From contig CAVUWV010000018.1 in NCBI GenBank assembly GCA_963745075.1, forward strand, positions 64,001 through 128,000: a DNA stretch of 64,000 nt, in the 5' to 3' direction. Numbering within the stretch: position 1 is the stretch's first letter; each line of letters begins with the position of its first letter. Position numbers and translations under genes: made by a program. Below, in pieces: positions 9,131-19,646 of this stretch. Source of the stretch: Candidatus Hydrogenedentota bacterium (GTDB lineage Bacteria > Hydrogenedentota > Hydrogenedentia > Hydrogenedentales > SLHB01). The notes below the pieces were generated by a model that was not told the origin of the DNA, did not search any database, and saw nothing but the letters and a program-made list of their open reading frames with translations.

Positions 9131-11083
9131 TTGGATTACGTGTTCAACATTGTCGTTTTCGTGGTGGTGCTCGGGGAACTGGTGTTCTTTCACGAGATGG
9201 GACACTTTCTCGCGGCGAAAGCCTGCGGCATCTACTGCGAACGATTCAGTCTAGGAATGCCGCCCCGGTTGTTCGGCTTTCGGTTCGGAGAGACGGACTA
9301 TTGCATCGGGCTGTTGCCGATCGGCGGGTACGTCAAGATGGCGGGTCAGGAAGACGTGCCAATGACGGATGAGGAGCGAAAGGAACAGTACGGCAACATA
9401 CCGCCGGAACGGTGGTTCTCCAACAAGCCGGTTTGGCAGCGCGTCATCGTAATCGCGGCGGGTCCGTTCATGAACGTGGTGCTGGCGGTGTTGCTTTATG
9501 GAATCGTCGCGGCCGTGGGCGCGAACGTGCCGGAATACAAAGTCGACAACCGCATTGGTATGGTGCGGCCCGATTCGCCGGCTGCCAACGCTTCGATGTA
9601 TGCGATCACCAGCGCCGGGCAACGCCCGAACATGACGGGAGAGCCGGACGCGCATGGGTGGCAGACGGGCGACCGTATCCTCAGTATCAACGGCAGCCCG
9701 GTGACCAATATCAGCGATGTCGCCATCGACGCTGTGCTCAGCGACGGCGGACCCATGATGGTCGAATTGGAACGTCAAGGCCCGTCGGGAACCGTCAAGC
9801 GGTACTTGTCTAAGGTGCAGCCGGTCCGTGAGGACGACGAAGACCATCCGCAATTCGGGATCGCGCCGTTTCGCACGGCGTTGGTGGGCAGTGTGTTGGA
9901 CGGATCGCCCGCGGACAAAGCCGGGCTCAAGCAGGGCGATGTCATCACGAAACTCAATGGTACGGTAGTCGATTCCCAGACGTTTGCGGAGACGGTGAGC
10001 GACGACGTTAGCGGCACGCCAATGGAGATGCAGGTGCTTCGCGACGGCGAAAATCTGAATGTCCGTCTCAAGCCGGAAATTGTGGGGCGGATCAAAGACA
10101 TCACGTTTTCAGCACCGTATTCGCATCTCTTGATTCCCGATCCGGAAAACCTTCGGGTGGATTTCAACACGCCCGAGTTCGAAAAGGATACCGGGCTTCG
10201 CTCCGGCGACGCTATAAAGACGATCGACGGCAAGACGGCGGACGCGCGCCTGCTTCAAGAACTCAAACCGGATGGTTCCCATACGGTGACGATTGCGAGA
10301 AAGACGGGGTTTTTCGGGGGAAGCACTTCGGAAATCACGAAGCAGTTGACGCTCGAGCAGATTCGGCAAGCCGTGACCCCTTACGACCTTCAAGCCAAAC
10401 CCGTGATCGCCGATCTCAGCGAAGAAGCGGCGAAGGAAACGGGGCTTCTACGGAACGACATTGTTGAAACTATCGACGGCCAACCGGCGACGGTTGAGAC
10501 GCTCGGGATGATCGAGTCCCGGCCCGGGACAACCGTCAAGTTGACGGTTCGCACGCCGGCAGTTGGGTTTGGCGTGCTCCGGGAAGGCGAAACTCGGGAA
10601 GTGGATCTTCCGATAATCCCGGCGGGACAGGTCGGCGTGACGTGGACGACGAAGATGGTGTTTCATCGGGCGGCGCCGGCCGAAGTGATCCCGGAGGCGT
10701 TTCGCCTGTCCATGCAAGCGTTGGGGCGAACGTTGAAGACCCTGGAATTGCTGTTGACGGGCGGGCTGAAAGTGAACGATATCGGCGGACCGGTGATGAT
10801 ATTTCAGATTACCACCGAGGCGGCGCGGATCGGGTACTCGTGGCTGCTGGAGATCACGGCATTCATCAGCATCAATCTTGCCGTGTTCAATCTTCTCCCG
10901 TTGCCGGTCCTTGACGGGGGACATTTAGTGTTCCTGACGATTGAGGGCGTCCGCCGGAAACCGGTGAGTCCGAAGGTGACGGAGTGGGTGCAGCAGGCCG
11001 GTTTGGTGCTGATCATCGCCCTCATGCTGTTTGTAACATTCAACGATGTAAAACGATGGCTCATCGGCACGCTAATGCCGTGA
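9131..11083 (+). CDS. rseP: RIP metalloprotease RseP with expanded PDZ region
   Basis: HEMGH, AAGPFMN, NLAVFNLLPLPVLDGGH; follows dxr; several GDxIxxIxG PDZ-like units. Confidence 0.93.
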   Translation: MDYVFNIVVFVVVLGELVFFHEMGHFLAAKACGIYCERFSLGMPPRLFGFRFGETDYCIGLLPIGGYVKMAGQEDVPMTDEERKEQYGNIPPERWFSNKPVWQRVIVIAAGPFMNVVLAVLLYGIVAAVGANVPEYKVDNRIGMVRPDSPAANASMYAITSAGQRPNMTGEPDAHGWQTGDRILSINGSPVTNISDVAIDAVLSDGGPMMVELERQGPSGTVKRYLSKVQPVREDDEDHPQFGIAPFRTALVGSVLDGSPADKAGLKQGDVITKLNGTVVDSQTFAETVSDDVSGTPMEMQVLRDGENLNVRLKPEIVGRIKDITFSAPYSHLLIPDPENLRVDFNTPEFEKDTGLRSGDAIKTIDGKTADARLLQELKPDGSHTVTIARKTGFFGGSTSEITKQLTLEQIRQAVTPYDLQAKPVIADLSEEAAKETGLLRNDIVETIDGQPATVETLGMIESRPGTTVKLTVRTPAVGFGVLREGETREVDLPIIPAGQVGVTWTTKMVFHRAAPAEVIPEAFRLSMQALGRTLKTLELLLTGGLKVNDIGGPVMIFQITTEAARIGYSWLLEITAFISINLAVFNLLPLPVLDGGHLVFLTIEGVRRKPVSPKVTEWVQQAGLVLIIALMLFVTFNDVKRWLIGTLMP

Positions 11084-11172
11084 GTCTTGTATTGCGCCGA
11101 CCGGAATACGCGGAATGAATAGAAAGCGCCGTGGTATTGGCGGCGAACGAAGTGGAGCCGAAATAGGAAGCC

Positions 11173-12477
11173 ATGAATCAGATCACCTGTAAATTTGGGG
11201 GAAGCTCACTCGCGGATACCGATTGTTTTCGTGCGGTACAGAAGATTATTGAATCGAATGACGAACGCAAATTCATCGTACCCTCCGCGCCGGGCAAGCG
11301 ACGGCCGGACGACAAAAAAATAACCGACCTGCTTTACGCGTGGCACGGCCTGCTCCGACAAGAGTTGGATGCGAGCCAGCCGCGGGGATTGATTGCAGCC
11401 CGTTTCGAACAGCTTTCATCCGAATTGGGTATTACGTTTCCCGTTCATGACCTACTGGAGCAAATCGCGGCGGAAGCTGTGAAGTATGAGACGGCGGATT
11501 TCATGGCGTCGCGAGGCGAGTATCTGAACGGACAACTTCTCGCGCAACTGCTCGGGGCGACGTTCGTCGATCCCGCTGAATGCATACGTTTTGACGACGA
11601 GGGCCTGCTCGATCCGATTACGTACGAATTGCTCGGCACGAAACTCAAAGGCAACGACGTCTACGTGGTTCCGGGGTTTTACGGCGCCCTGCCGGATGGC
11701 TCGATCAAGACGTTCTCGCGGGGCGGCAGCGACGTTACTGGCGCGATTGTGGCGCGGGCGTCGGTATCGCGTCTCTATGAGAACTGGACCGACGTGTCGG
11801 GTTTTTTGATGGCGGATCCGCGAATCGTGCCGGACGCGCGCCGGATCGACGAGGTGACGTATCAGGAACTCCGCGAGTTGTCGTACATGGGCGCGCAGGT
11901 TCTGCACGACGAAGCGATCTTTCCCGTCCGAGACGCCGGCATACCCATCAATATCCGAAACACCAAAGACCCCGAGAATCCCGGGACGATGATTTTGCCG
12001 ACGCGAGAAGCCTCGGAACCGATTTGCGGGGTGGCGGGGCGCACCGGCTTCACGATGATCAACATTGAAAAGGCTCTCATGAACAAGGAGCGCGGGTTCG
12101 GCCGGCGCGTGTTGACCGTGTTGGAAGAGCACGGGGTCAGCTTCGAGCATATGCCCACGGGAATCGACACGATCTCGTTGATTGTGAAAGACGAAGAAAT
12201 CGCCAACCATGGCCCGGCGATTCTGAAAGCGATCGAACGGACCTGTCAACCGGATCGGGTTTCCCTGGCGCCGGGCCTGGCAATCATTGCCACGGTGGGT
12301 CAAGGGATGGCCGGTCACACCGGGATGGCGGCGCGACTCACAGGCGCGCTCGCGAACGCTAATGTGAACATTCGGGTGATCGATCAGGGCTCCTCGGAAA
12401 ACAACATTATTGTGGGAGTAGAGGATACCAATCTCGCTTCCGCGGTCCGCGCCATCTACACGGCCTTCACGGATTAG
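11173..12477 (+). CDS. lysC: aspartate kinase
   Basis: KFGGSSLA, TFSRGGSDVTG, ENWTDVSG...ADPRIV, C-terminal ACT domains. Confidence 0.92.
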   Translation: MNQITCKFGGSSLADTDCFRAVQKIIESNDERKFIVPSAPGKRRPDDKKITDLLYAWHGLLRQELDASQPRGLIAARFEQLSSELGITFPVHDLLEQIAAEAVKYETADFMASRGEYLNGQLLAQLLGATFVDPAECIRFDDEGLLDPITYELLGTKLKGNDVYVVPGFYGALPDGSIKTFSRGGSDVTGAIVARASVSRLYENWTDVSGFLMADPRIVPDARRIDEVTYQELRELSYMGAQVLHDEAIFPVRDAGIPINIRNTKDPENPGTMILPTREASEPICGVAGRTGFTMINIEKALMNKERGFGRRVLTVLEEHGVSFEHMPTGIDTISLIVKDEEIANHGPAILKAIERTCQPDRVSLAPGLAIIATVGQGMAGHTGMAARLTGALANANVNIRVIDQGSSENNIIVGVEDTNLASAVRAIYTAFTD

Positions 12478-12531
12478 GTGAGGGCGCGGGGCGCGCCAAC
12501 GCCGCACCGCCGGCAGATCCAGGATTCCGCC

Positions 12532-13983
12532 ATGCGCCGAACCAAGATCGTATGTACCCTCGGACCCAGTTCCAGCGACCGCCGCACGATAGGCAAACTC
12601 ATCGATGGCGGGATGGACGTCGCACGGTTGAACTTTTCCCACGGCACGCACGACGATCACCGGAAGGTGTTCTCCGCCTTGCGCGAGGTTGCCGAGGAAA
12701 AAGACGCCAACGTCGCCGTTCTGATGGACCTGCAAGGTCCAAAGATCCGCACGGGCCGCTTGCAGGATGGGGGTCCGGTTGAACTCGAGTCCGGCGCGGC
12801 CTTGACGATCACGACCGAGGATATTGTGGGAACCGCCGAACGAATCTCCACCACGTACGAGGGACTCCCAGACGACGTCAAACCGGACTCGCGCATCCTC
12901 ATTGCGGATGGCGCCATGGAACTCAAGGTGACGTCCGTTGAGCCGCCGGAGGTGCAGTGCACGGTCGTCCGCGGAGGAACGCTGGGGGAACACAAGGGGA
13001 TCAATCTTCCCGGCGTATCGGTGAGCGCGCCGGCGTTGACGGAAAAGGATGTCGAGGACCTGGGGTTCGGCCTTGAACTGGGGGTCGATTACGTCGCGCT
13101 GTCCTTTGTGCGTACTGCGGAAGACGTGCAAGACCTCCGGGATCGCATCACCGAGGCCGGGTACTCGACGCCGATCGTCGCGAAGATCGAACGGCCCGAG
13201 GCGCTGGGATGTTTCGCTGATATCCTCGAGGCCGTGGACGGCGTCATGGTGGCCCGAGGCGATCTCGGTGTGGAAGTCGAACTGTACCGCGTTCCGCAGA
13301 TCCAAAAGTCACTCATTCGCATGTGCAACGAGCGTGGCGTCCCCGTCATTACGGCGACGCAGATGCTCGAATCGATGATTTCGAGTCCCCGGCCGACGCG
13401 GGCTGAAGCCAACGACGTGGCCAACGCCATTTACGACGGCACGGACGCGGTGATGCTTTCGGGCGAGACGGCGACCGGGAAGTATCCCGTGGATACAGTC
13501 CGGGTGATGGCGGAGATCGTCCAGAGCGCCGACGAGGCGGTGGATTCCAGTCCCGATCGCGGGGTCCAGGCCCGGTTTGCGCATGGCAGCCGAAAGGGAT
13601 CGTTCCAGGACGCCATCGGCCAGGCCGTGGTGCGGATGACGCAGGTAGCGGATCTGAAGCACATCGTAGTGCTTACCCAATCGGGGTATACTGCGGAAAC
13701 CATTTCGCGATACCGGCCCAACATTCCGATTACCGCCATCACCCTGAACGAGGGAACGCGGCGGTTGTGCGCGCTCATTTGGGGCGTCGACGCGGTGCAA
13801 TCCGCCGTGGTCGAGAGTATGGACGACATGATCCGGGTCGTCGATAAGATCGTGTTGGGCAGGAAACTCGCGAATCGCGGCGATCCCGTTGTTATTGTGG
13901 CGGGCACGCCACTTGGGGTGGGCGGCCGGACCAACCTCCTTCACTTGCACCGCGTCGGCGAAGAACAGCCCAGCGTGAAATAG
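12532..13983 (+). CDS. pyk: pyruvate kinase
   Basis: RRTKIVCTLGP, ARLNFSHG, DLQGPKIR, MVARGDLGVE, ATQMLESM, PTRAE, MLSGETA. Confidence 0.97.
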   Translation: MRRTKIVCTLGPSSSDRRTIGKLIDGGMDVARLNFSHGTHDDHRKVFSALREVAEEKDANVAVLMDLQGPKIRTGRLQDGGPVELESGAALTITTEDIVGTAERISTTYEGLPDDVKPDSRILIADGAMELKVTSVEPPEVQCTVVRGGTLGEHKGINLPGVSVSAPALTEKDVEDLGFGLELGVDYVALSFVRTAEDVQDLRDRITEAGYSTPIVAKIERPEALGCFADILEAVDGVMVARGDLGVEVELYRVPQIQKSLIRMCNERGVPVITATQMLESMISSPRPTRAEANDVANAIYDGTDAVMLSGETATGKYPVDTVRVMAEIVQSADEAVDSSPDRGVQARFAHGSRKGSFQDAIGQAVVRMTQVADLKHIVVLTQSGYTAETISRYRPNIPITAITLNEGTRRLCALIWGVDAVQSAVVESMDDMIRVVDKIVLGRKLANRGDPVVIVAGTPLGVGGRTNLLHLHRVGEEQPSVK

Positions 13984-13995
13984 ACGTTGCACGCC

Positions 13996-14751
13996 ATGGC
14001 AGACAAGCACCAAATTAACGATTCGGACTGGTATCAGGAAGCGTTCGGGGATTTCTACGCGATCGTCTACGCGCATCGCACGGTCGAGGCAGCGGAACCG
14101 GAAGCGGCATTTGCGGTGCAGCAGCTCCAGTTGCAGGAGCACGATGTAACGCTGGATCTTTGCTGCGGCACCGGTCGTCATCTCGTACATCTCGCGAAGC
14201 GGACGCAGAACGCCTACGGACTGGACTACTCCCCCACGCTGCTCGCTCGGGCGGTGGAAACGTTGCCGGGCCGCGCGAGACTGGTGCGGGCCGATATGAA
14301 GGCGATACCGTTTGCAAGCGCGTTTGACGTAGTTACGAGTTTTTTTACGAGCTTCGGTTATTTCGAGGACGACGCCGACAACGCGCGCGTTGTCGGCGAA
14401 ATGGCGCGCATCCTGCGTCCCGGCGGGCGATTCTTCGTGGATCACGTGAACGTGGACCATCTTCGAAAGACGCTGGAACCGGCATCCGTTCGCCGAAACG
14501 GTCCCTACGAGATTCGGGAGTCGCGGTGGATTGACGAGAAGCGGCAACGAATAAACAAGATCACGCGGGTGTTTCGAAATGGAGCGGCGTTGCACGGAAG
14601 TGAAGAGTCCGTGCGGCTGTATTCGCGGGAGGAATTGACTGCGATCCTTTCCCGTGCAGGGCTGACGGTGCGAGGTGTGTATGGCGACTATGACGGAGCG
14701 CCTTTCGACGATGCACGGCCGCGCATGCTTTTTGTAGGGCACAAGGACTGA
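13996..14751 (+). CDS. class I SAM-dependent methyltransferase, candidate N-methyl-bacillithiol synthase (NmbA-like)
   Basis: LDLCCGTGRH SAM motif, FTSFGYF, LRPGGRF; ends 3 nt before bshC. Confidence 0.85.
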   Translation: MADKHQINDSDWYQEAFGDFYAIVYAHRTVEAAEPEAAFAVQQLQLQEHDVTLDLCCGTGRHLVHLAKRTQNAYGLDYSPTLLARAVETLPGRARLVRADMKAIPFASAFDVVTSFFTSFGYFEDDADNARVVGEMARILRPGGRFFVDHVNVDHLRKTLEPASVRRNGPYEIRESRWIDEKRQRINKITRVFRNGAALHGSEESVRLYSREELTAILSRAGLTVRGVYGDYDGAPFDDARPRMLFVGHKD

Positions 14752-14754
14752 CGC

Positions 14755-16290
14755 GTGAAGGATATCGCAAAAGACTACATCGCCGGTTCCGGCAACTTGA
14801 TGCGTTTCTATGCCGCCGAGCCGGGAGCGATCTGGCGCACACCGCCGGAAGGCCGGCCGTGGGACCCGTCGCTGGTGGAAGCGTTGCGAAGCTATCAGTT
14901 GGAACTGGGGAACGTGGCCTCGTTCGACGGAACGGAACCCGTCATTGTGACCGGCCAGCAACCGGGCCTTCTGACCGGTCCGCTCTACACCATTTACAAG
15001 GCCGTGACAGCGGTAAAACTTGCCGAGGCGCTGTCAACTAAGACCGGAATAACGCATGTGCCGATCTTCTGGATGGGCAGCGAAGACCATGATTTTGGAG
15101 AGGCCGCGTCCACGCATCTCCTCACGAGGAACCACGATCCGCTCCACCTGGATTATGATCCCGCTGCGCGCGTTGCGGGGTTCCCGCTCTACCGGGTGCC
15201 CCTGGAGCCGTCCCTGAAGCATGTCGTCGACCGGGCGGCGGATGCCGCGACGGGCTCCGAGCACCGGGAGGAAATCCAGCGTTTTCTGCATGAATCGCTC
15301 GACGCGTCTGAATCATTCGCCGAATGGACGGCACGTATCCTGGCGCGACTCTTTCGCGACACGCCGCTGGTTCTGTTCTCACCGCATTTGCCGACGGCGC
15401 GCTCGCTCTCGATGCCGGTCCTGGAGACGGCGATTGCACAGCCGTTGGAGGCGACGCGCCGGCTGAACGACGCGGGGGCGCGGCTCGCCGCACTGGGGTA
15501 CGAAGCACAGGTCGTGAAAGACGACGTGACGTGCAGTTTCTTTCTCGAAGTCGACGGCAGGCGAAGAAAGGTCACGTACGAAGATGGGCAATTCACCGTC
15601 GCGGAGGAGGACCTTCGGTACCGCCCGGAAGAGCTGCGCAACATTCTCCGGTCGGAACCCGAACGCTTTAGTCCAAACGTCGCGCTGCGGTGTGTGGTTC
15701 AGCAGCACCTCTTTCCCGCGACGGCGTGCGTAGCCGGTCCTGGGGAAATCGCGTACTGGGCACAGTTGAAGCCCGTGTTCGAGCATTTTGGCGAGACGAT
15801 GCCAATCGTGTATCCGCGCGCACGGGGCGTGATCACCGACATCAAATTGAACAAACTGCTGCGGAAGCACAAACTCACGATTGACGACCTGTATAAGGAA
15901 CCCGACGCGTTGCTGGAGCAAACGCTGGCGGCGGGGTCAGGCGGCGCCGTGGTGGATCGGTTCAAGATACACCGCGAAGCGATCGAACGGGCGTTGGACG
16001 AGTTGCGGCACGACATGAACGTGGGCGACATGACCAGCCAATTGAAGGAACGTATCGGAAACGAGTTGGATCGCTTCGAACGGGGACTGCTCCGCGCGGA
16101 CGAGACGACCCTGAACACGACCGAGCAGCAACTCCAGCGTTTGTGCAACTCGTTGGCCCCGGCGCGGCGACCGCAGGAGCGGTATTACAATGTGTTTTCG
16201 TATCTTTTCAAGCAGGGTTGGGGCTTGATCGACCGACTGCTCGACGCGTTCGACATTGAATCGTTTGAAATGAATGAGATCGAACTATGA
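14755..16290 (+). CDS. bshC: bacillithiol biosynthesis cysteine-adding enzyme
   Basis: VTGQQPGLLTGPLYTIYKA, FWMGSEDHDF, FSPNVALR, GPGEIAYWAQLK, PQER. Confidence 0.93.
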   Translation: MKDIAKDYIAGSGNLMRFYAAEPGAIWRTPPEGRPWDPSLVEALRSYQLELGNVASFDGTEPVIVTGQQPGLLTGPLYTIYKAVTAVKLAEALSTKTGITHVPIFWMGSEDHDFGEAASTHLLTRNHDPLHLDYDPAARVAGFPLYRVPLEPSLKHVVDRAADAATGSEHREEIQRFLHESLDASESFAEWTARILARLFRDTPLVLFSPHLPTARSLSMPVLETAIAQPLEATRRLNDAGARLAALGYEAQVVKDDVTCSFFLEVDGRRRKVTYEDGQFTVAEEDLRYRPEELRNILRSEPERFSPNVALRCVVQQHLFPATACVAGPGEIAYWAQLKPVFEHFGETMPIVYPRARGVITDIKLNKLLRKHKLTIDDLYKEPDALLEQTLAAGSGGAVVDRFKIHREAIERALDELRHDMNVGDMTSQLKERIGNELDRFERGLLRADETTLNTTEQQLQRLCNSLAPARRPQERYYNVFSYLFKQGWGLIDRLLDAFDIESFEMNEIEL

Positions 16291-16333
16291 TCGCCATGGC
16301 GCGTTTCATATTCAGCGTTCGGGAGATCCGCCG

Positions 16334-17044
16334 ATGAATGTCGATGTGTTGTTTGTCGGCGCCCATCCCGACGACGTGGAAGTCGGTGTCGGCGGGCTCG
16401 TCAGTAAACTGGCGCGCGCGGGGCGTAACGTCGGGATTCTCGATTTGACCCGGGGCGAGATGGGGACGCGTGGCACGGTTGAAGATCGCAACGCGGAATC
16501 GACGGAATCGGCGCGTATCCTCAAGGTAGCGCGCCGGGAAAACGCCGGGCTTCCGGACGGAGCCTTGGCGAATACGACGGAATTTCAACGCGCGCTGGTG
16601 CCGTTGCTTCGATCCTTTCGGGCCAAGGTACTGATAGTTCCGCTTAGCAACGACCGGCATCCGGACCACGCCGCCGCGCAGGACCTTGTCCGCGATGGGA
16701 ACTATTTCGCCGGATTGGCCAAGCTGGAAGGGGGCGAACCGCATCGGGCGACGACGGTGTATGGTTACCGCGTGTATGGCGATCCGGAACCGCCCGCAAT
16801 GGTGGTGGACGTATCGGACGATTTTGAGACAAAAATGGAAGCGTTGCGCGCGTATCGCACCCAGTTCTTCAGGCCCGGTCAGCGCGGCGAACCGACCTAT
16901 GTCTCGTCGGAAGCGTTCTGGACGTTTATCCGAACGCGCGCGGAGTACTGGGGAAGCCGCATCGGCGCGGTCTTTGGTGAGCCGTTGTATACGTTGGAAC
17001 CGATCCCGGTGTCCTACCCGCCGGGCTTAGAGGGAAACACATGA
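16334..17044 (+). CDS. bshB1: bacillithiol biosynthesis deacetylase
   Basis: AHPDDVE, DLTRGEMGTRG, RHPDH (PIG-L family) between bshC and bshA. Confidence 0.92.
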   Translation: MNVDVLFVGAHPDDVEVGVGGLVSKLARAGRNVGILDLTRGEMGTRGTVEDRNAESTESARILKVARRENAGLPDGALANTTEFQRALVPLLRSFRAKVLIVPLSNDRHPDHAAAQDLVRDGNYFAGLAKLEGGEPHRATTVYGYRVYGDPEPPAMVVDVSDDFETKMEALRAYRTQFFRPGQRGEPTYVSSEAFWTFIRTRAEYWGSRIGAVFGEPLYTLEPIPVSYPPGLEGNT

Positions 17045-18178
17045 GAATTGGAATAACGTGTCACGCGACGGCCGGCGGGAGCGGCATACTGGCGACGGAA
17101 CTGGGTCTTGCGCTGGCCGCGCGCGGCCACACGATCCATTTTGTCACCTATGAGGCGCCGTTTCGCCTGCAGGGGTTTCACGAAAACGTGTTTGCCCATT
17201 CCGTGGACGTGGTGTCCTATCCCCTCTTTCGCAATCCGCCGTTCTCGTTGGCGTTGGCAACGAAAATCGCGGACGTAGCCGAGGAACACGACATTGAGTT
17301 GTGGCACGCCCACTACGCCATCCCCCACGCCGTTTGCGCTCTACTTGCGCGCGACATGCTGCCGCCGGAAAAGCAGTTCAAGATCGTGACGACGCTGCAC
17401 GGGACGGACATCACGCTGGTCGGTTCCGACCCTTCCTTCTTCCGAATTACCAAGTACGCCATGGAAAGCAGCGACGCGGTTACCGCCGTGTCGAACTGGT
17501 TGAGCGAAGAAACGCGGCGCGAGTTTCAGTTAAAGGTCCCCATACGTACCATTTACAACTTCCTCAACATGGAAAAGTTCAAGGCGTCGCACGCGGAACG
17601 CTGCAAACTGGCCGAGAAGAACGAAAAGATCGTCATGCACATCTCGAACTTCCGTCCCGTAAAGCGGGTGACAGATGTGGTGCGAGCGTTCAAGAAAGAT
17701 CGCGGACCATATTCCCGCGCGGTTGATCATGCTGGGCGACGGTCCTGAACGCATGTCTGCCGTGGGAGTGGCCAAACAGCTCGGAATCACCGACAAGATC
17801 AAGTATCTCGGGAACCATGAGAGCATCGAGTCCTTGATCCCCTGTGCGGACCTCATTATCCAGCCGAGTGAACACGAAAGTTTCGGGTTGGTGCCGCTGG
17901 AGGCGATGGCCTGTGAAGTGCCCATCATAGGAACGGACAGCGGCGGCGTCCGAGAAGTTGTCGAAAACGGGGTTTCGGGGTATCTTTGTGAAGTCGGCGA
18001 CACGGATGCCATGGCGGCACGGGCGATCGAGATCCTGACCAATCCGGAACGGGCACGGGAAATGGGACGCCGCGGGCGGGAGCGGGCGGTTAAATGCTTC
18101 TCGGAACGGGCGATCATCGGCCATTATGAGGCATTGTATGCCCAGTTGGCGGGGATTCCCACGGCGTTGGCAAAGTAG
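17041..18178 (+). CDS. bshA: N-acetyl-alpha-D-glucosaminyl L-malate synthase (GT4), with one frameshift near 17695
   Basis: GGSGILATELG, HAHYAIPHA, TTLHGTDITLVG, HISNFRPVKR in the first frame; ESFGLVPLEAMA in the second; extra A in AAGAAAGAT. Confidence 0.92.
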
Positions 18179-18404
18179 TAAACCGGGCGCAAAACGTCTA
18201 CAAAACCTTACGTGCCACGTGGCCTGTATGGTGCGGACGGCGGGTACTTTCTCCGAATTGCAACCTTGGAGCCTCGGGCGGCATAATAACAGTAACTTCA
18301 TTTGCATAATAGAGTTGCGCTTATTGTAAACTCTCCTTAACCTTAAAACGCAGCGATCACGGTTAACAACCTTGCTTTCGTTATTACGAAGGGAGATCCC
18401 GCAT

Positions 18405-19220
18405 ATGAGACGGCTTCTACTGCTCGGGGCGTGCTTGGCGATCGTCCTTGCGATCGTCGCCGGATTGGCCATAGCACAGGAGGCGCCAGGCAATGGTGCG
18501 CCCGCGGCCGGAGACCAAGCGGCCACGACCCAAGGAGGGAACGAGCAGCCGGATGGGGTGGCTCCAAACGCGGCGGCGACGCCGGGAGCGCTGAAGGAAC
18601 TCACGATGTGGGACATGATAGTCGAGGGCGGACCGATCCTGGCCATCATCGTGGCGTTGAGTGTGGCGGCGGTGATCATGGTTGTGTACTGCTTTCTCAC
18701 GGTAACGCCGCGGCGCGAGGTTCCGGCGTTGTTCATCAAACGAGCACACAGCCAAATCCGCGCCGGGGATTTACGCGGCGCATACCAGATGTGCGAGAAC
18801 CGGGATGAACTCATCGCGAACGTGCTTCGCGCCGGCTTGAAGATGCACGGACACGACCGGTACGTCATCCAGGAAGCAATGGAGAGCGAAGGCGAGCGCG
18901 GCTCGGCGGCGTTGTGGCAGAAGATTTCGTATCTGAACAACATCGCCACGATCGCCCCGCTTCTGGGACTGTTGGGCACGGTATGGGGCATGATTGGGGC
19001 ATTCACGGCGATGGCGCTGAACGACAGCGAAGCCCGCAGTCTGGCGATGGCATACAACGTGGCGCAGGCCATGATCACGACGGCGGCGGGGCTCATGCTG
19101 GCTATCCCCTGCATGGTGGTCTACTACTACCTTCGCGGCCGCGTCGTGAAAATCGTGGCCGAGGTCGAGGCGCAAGCCAGCGAATTCATTGAATTGCTCG
19201 CCGGAGGGCCCGACCGATGA
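18405..19220 (+). CDS. MotA/TolQ/ExbB proton channel family protein
   Basis: Signal peptide; IATIAPLLGLLGTVWGMI and AMITTAAGLMLAIP motifs. Confidence 0.92.
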   Translation: MRRLLLLGACLAIVLAIVAGLAIAQEAPGNGAPAAGDQAATTQGGNEQPDGVAPNAAATPGALKELTMWDMIVEGGPILAIIVALSVAAVIMVVYCFLTVTPRREVPALFIKRAHSQIRAGDLRGAYQMCENRDELIANVLRAGLKMHGHDRYVIQEAMESEGERGSAALWQKISYLNNIATIAPLLGLLGTVWGMIGAFTAMALNDSEARSLAMAYNVAQAMITTAAGLMLAIPCMVVYYYLRGRVVKIVAEVEAQASEFIELLAGGPDR

Positions 19221-19645
19221 AGTTCGGGAGACAGGGTTACGAGTCGGAGGACACGATCCAGCTTGCGCCGCTTATCGACATCGTGTTTTTGACGCTCGTC
19301 TTTTTCATTACGACGGCGGTGTACACCTCGATGGAGAGCGAAGTCGATATTTCGTTGCCGACGGCGAATTCGGCGGTCCCCAGCGAACGAACGCGCGGAG
19401 AGATTATCATCAATCTGCGGGACGACGGGCAGATCGTGCTCAACAACCGCGAACTGAGCATTCCCGAGTTGCAAGACGTGCTGAACCGGGTCGCGGAAAA
19501 CTTCCCGGGTGGGGCGGTTATCGTCCGAGGCGACGGGGAAGCGCATCTTGGGCGGGCTATCGCGATTCTGAACTGTTGTCGAAACGCGGATATCCAGAAC
19601 GTATCGTTCGCCGCGCTTACCGAGGAATCTAAAGGACCCCAATGA
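19217..19645 (+). CDS. ExbD/TolR family protein
   Basis: LAPLIDIVFLTLVFF, ISLPTA, VIVRGDGEA. Confidence 0.92.
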   Translation: MKFGRQGYESEDTIQLAPLIDIVFLTLVFFITTAVYTSMESEVDISLPTANSAVPSERTRGEIIINLRDDGQIVLNNRELSIPELQDVLNRVAENFPGGAVIVRGDGEAHLGRAIAILNCCRNADIQNVSFAALTEESKGPQ

Positions 19646-19646
19646 C

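Noticed and set aside
11452..14961. Long antisense ORFs (617 aa, 550 aa) and similar shadows elsewhere
   Set aside because: They lie opposite clear housekeeping genes, lack motifs, and are expected in GC-rich DNA
18258..18330. Fur box or GCATAATA repeat upstream of exbB
   Set aside because: AT-rich, but no convincing GATAATGATAATCATTATC match; the repeat may just be -10 elements
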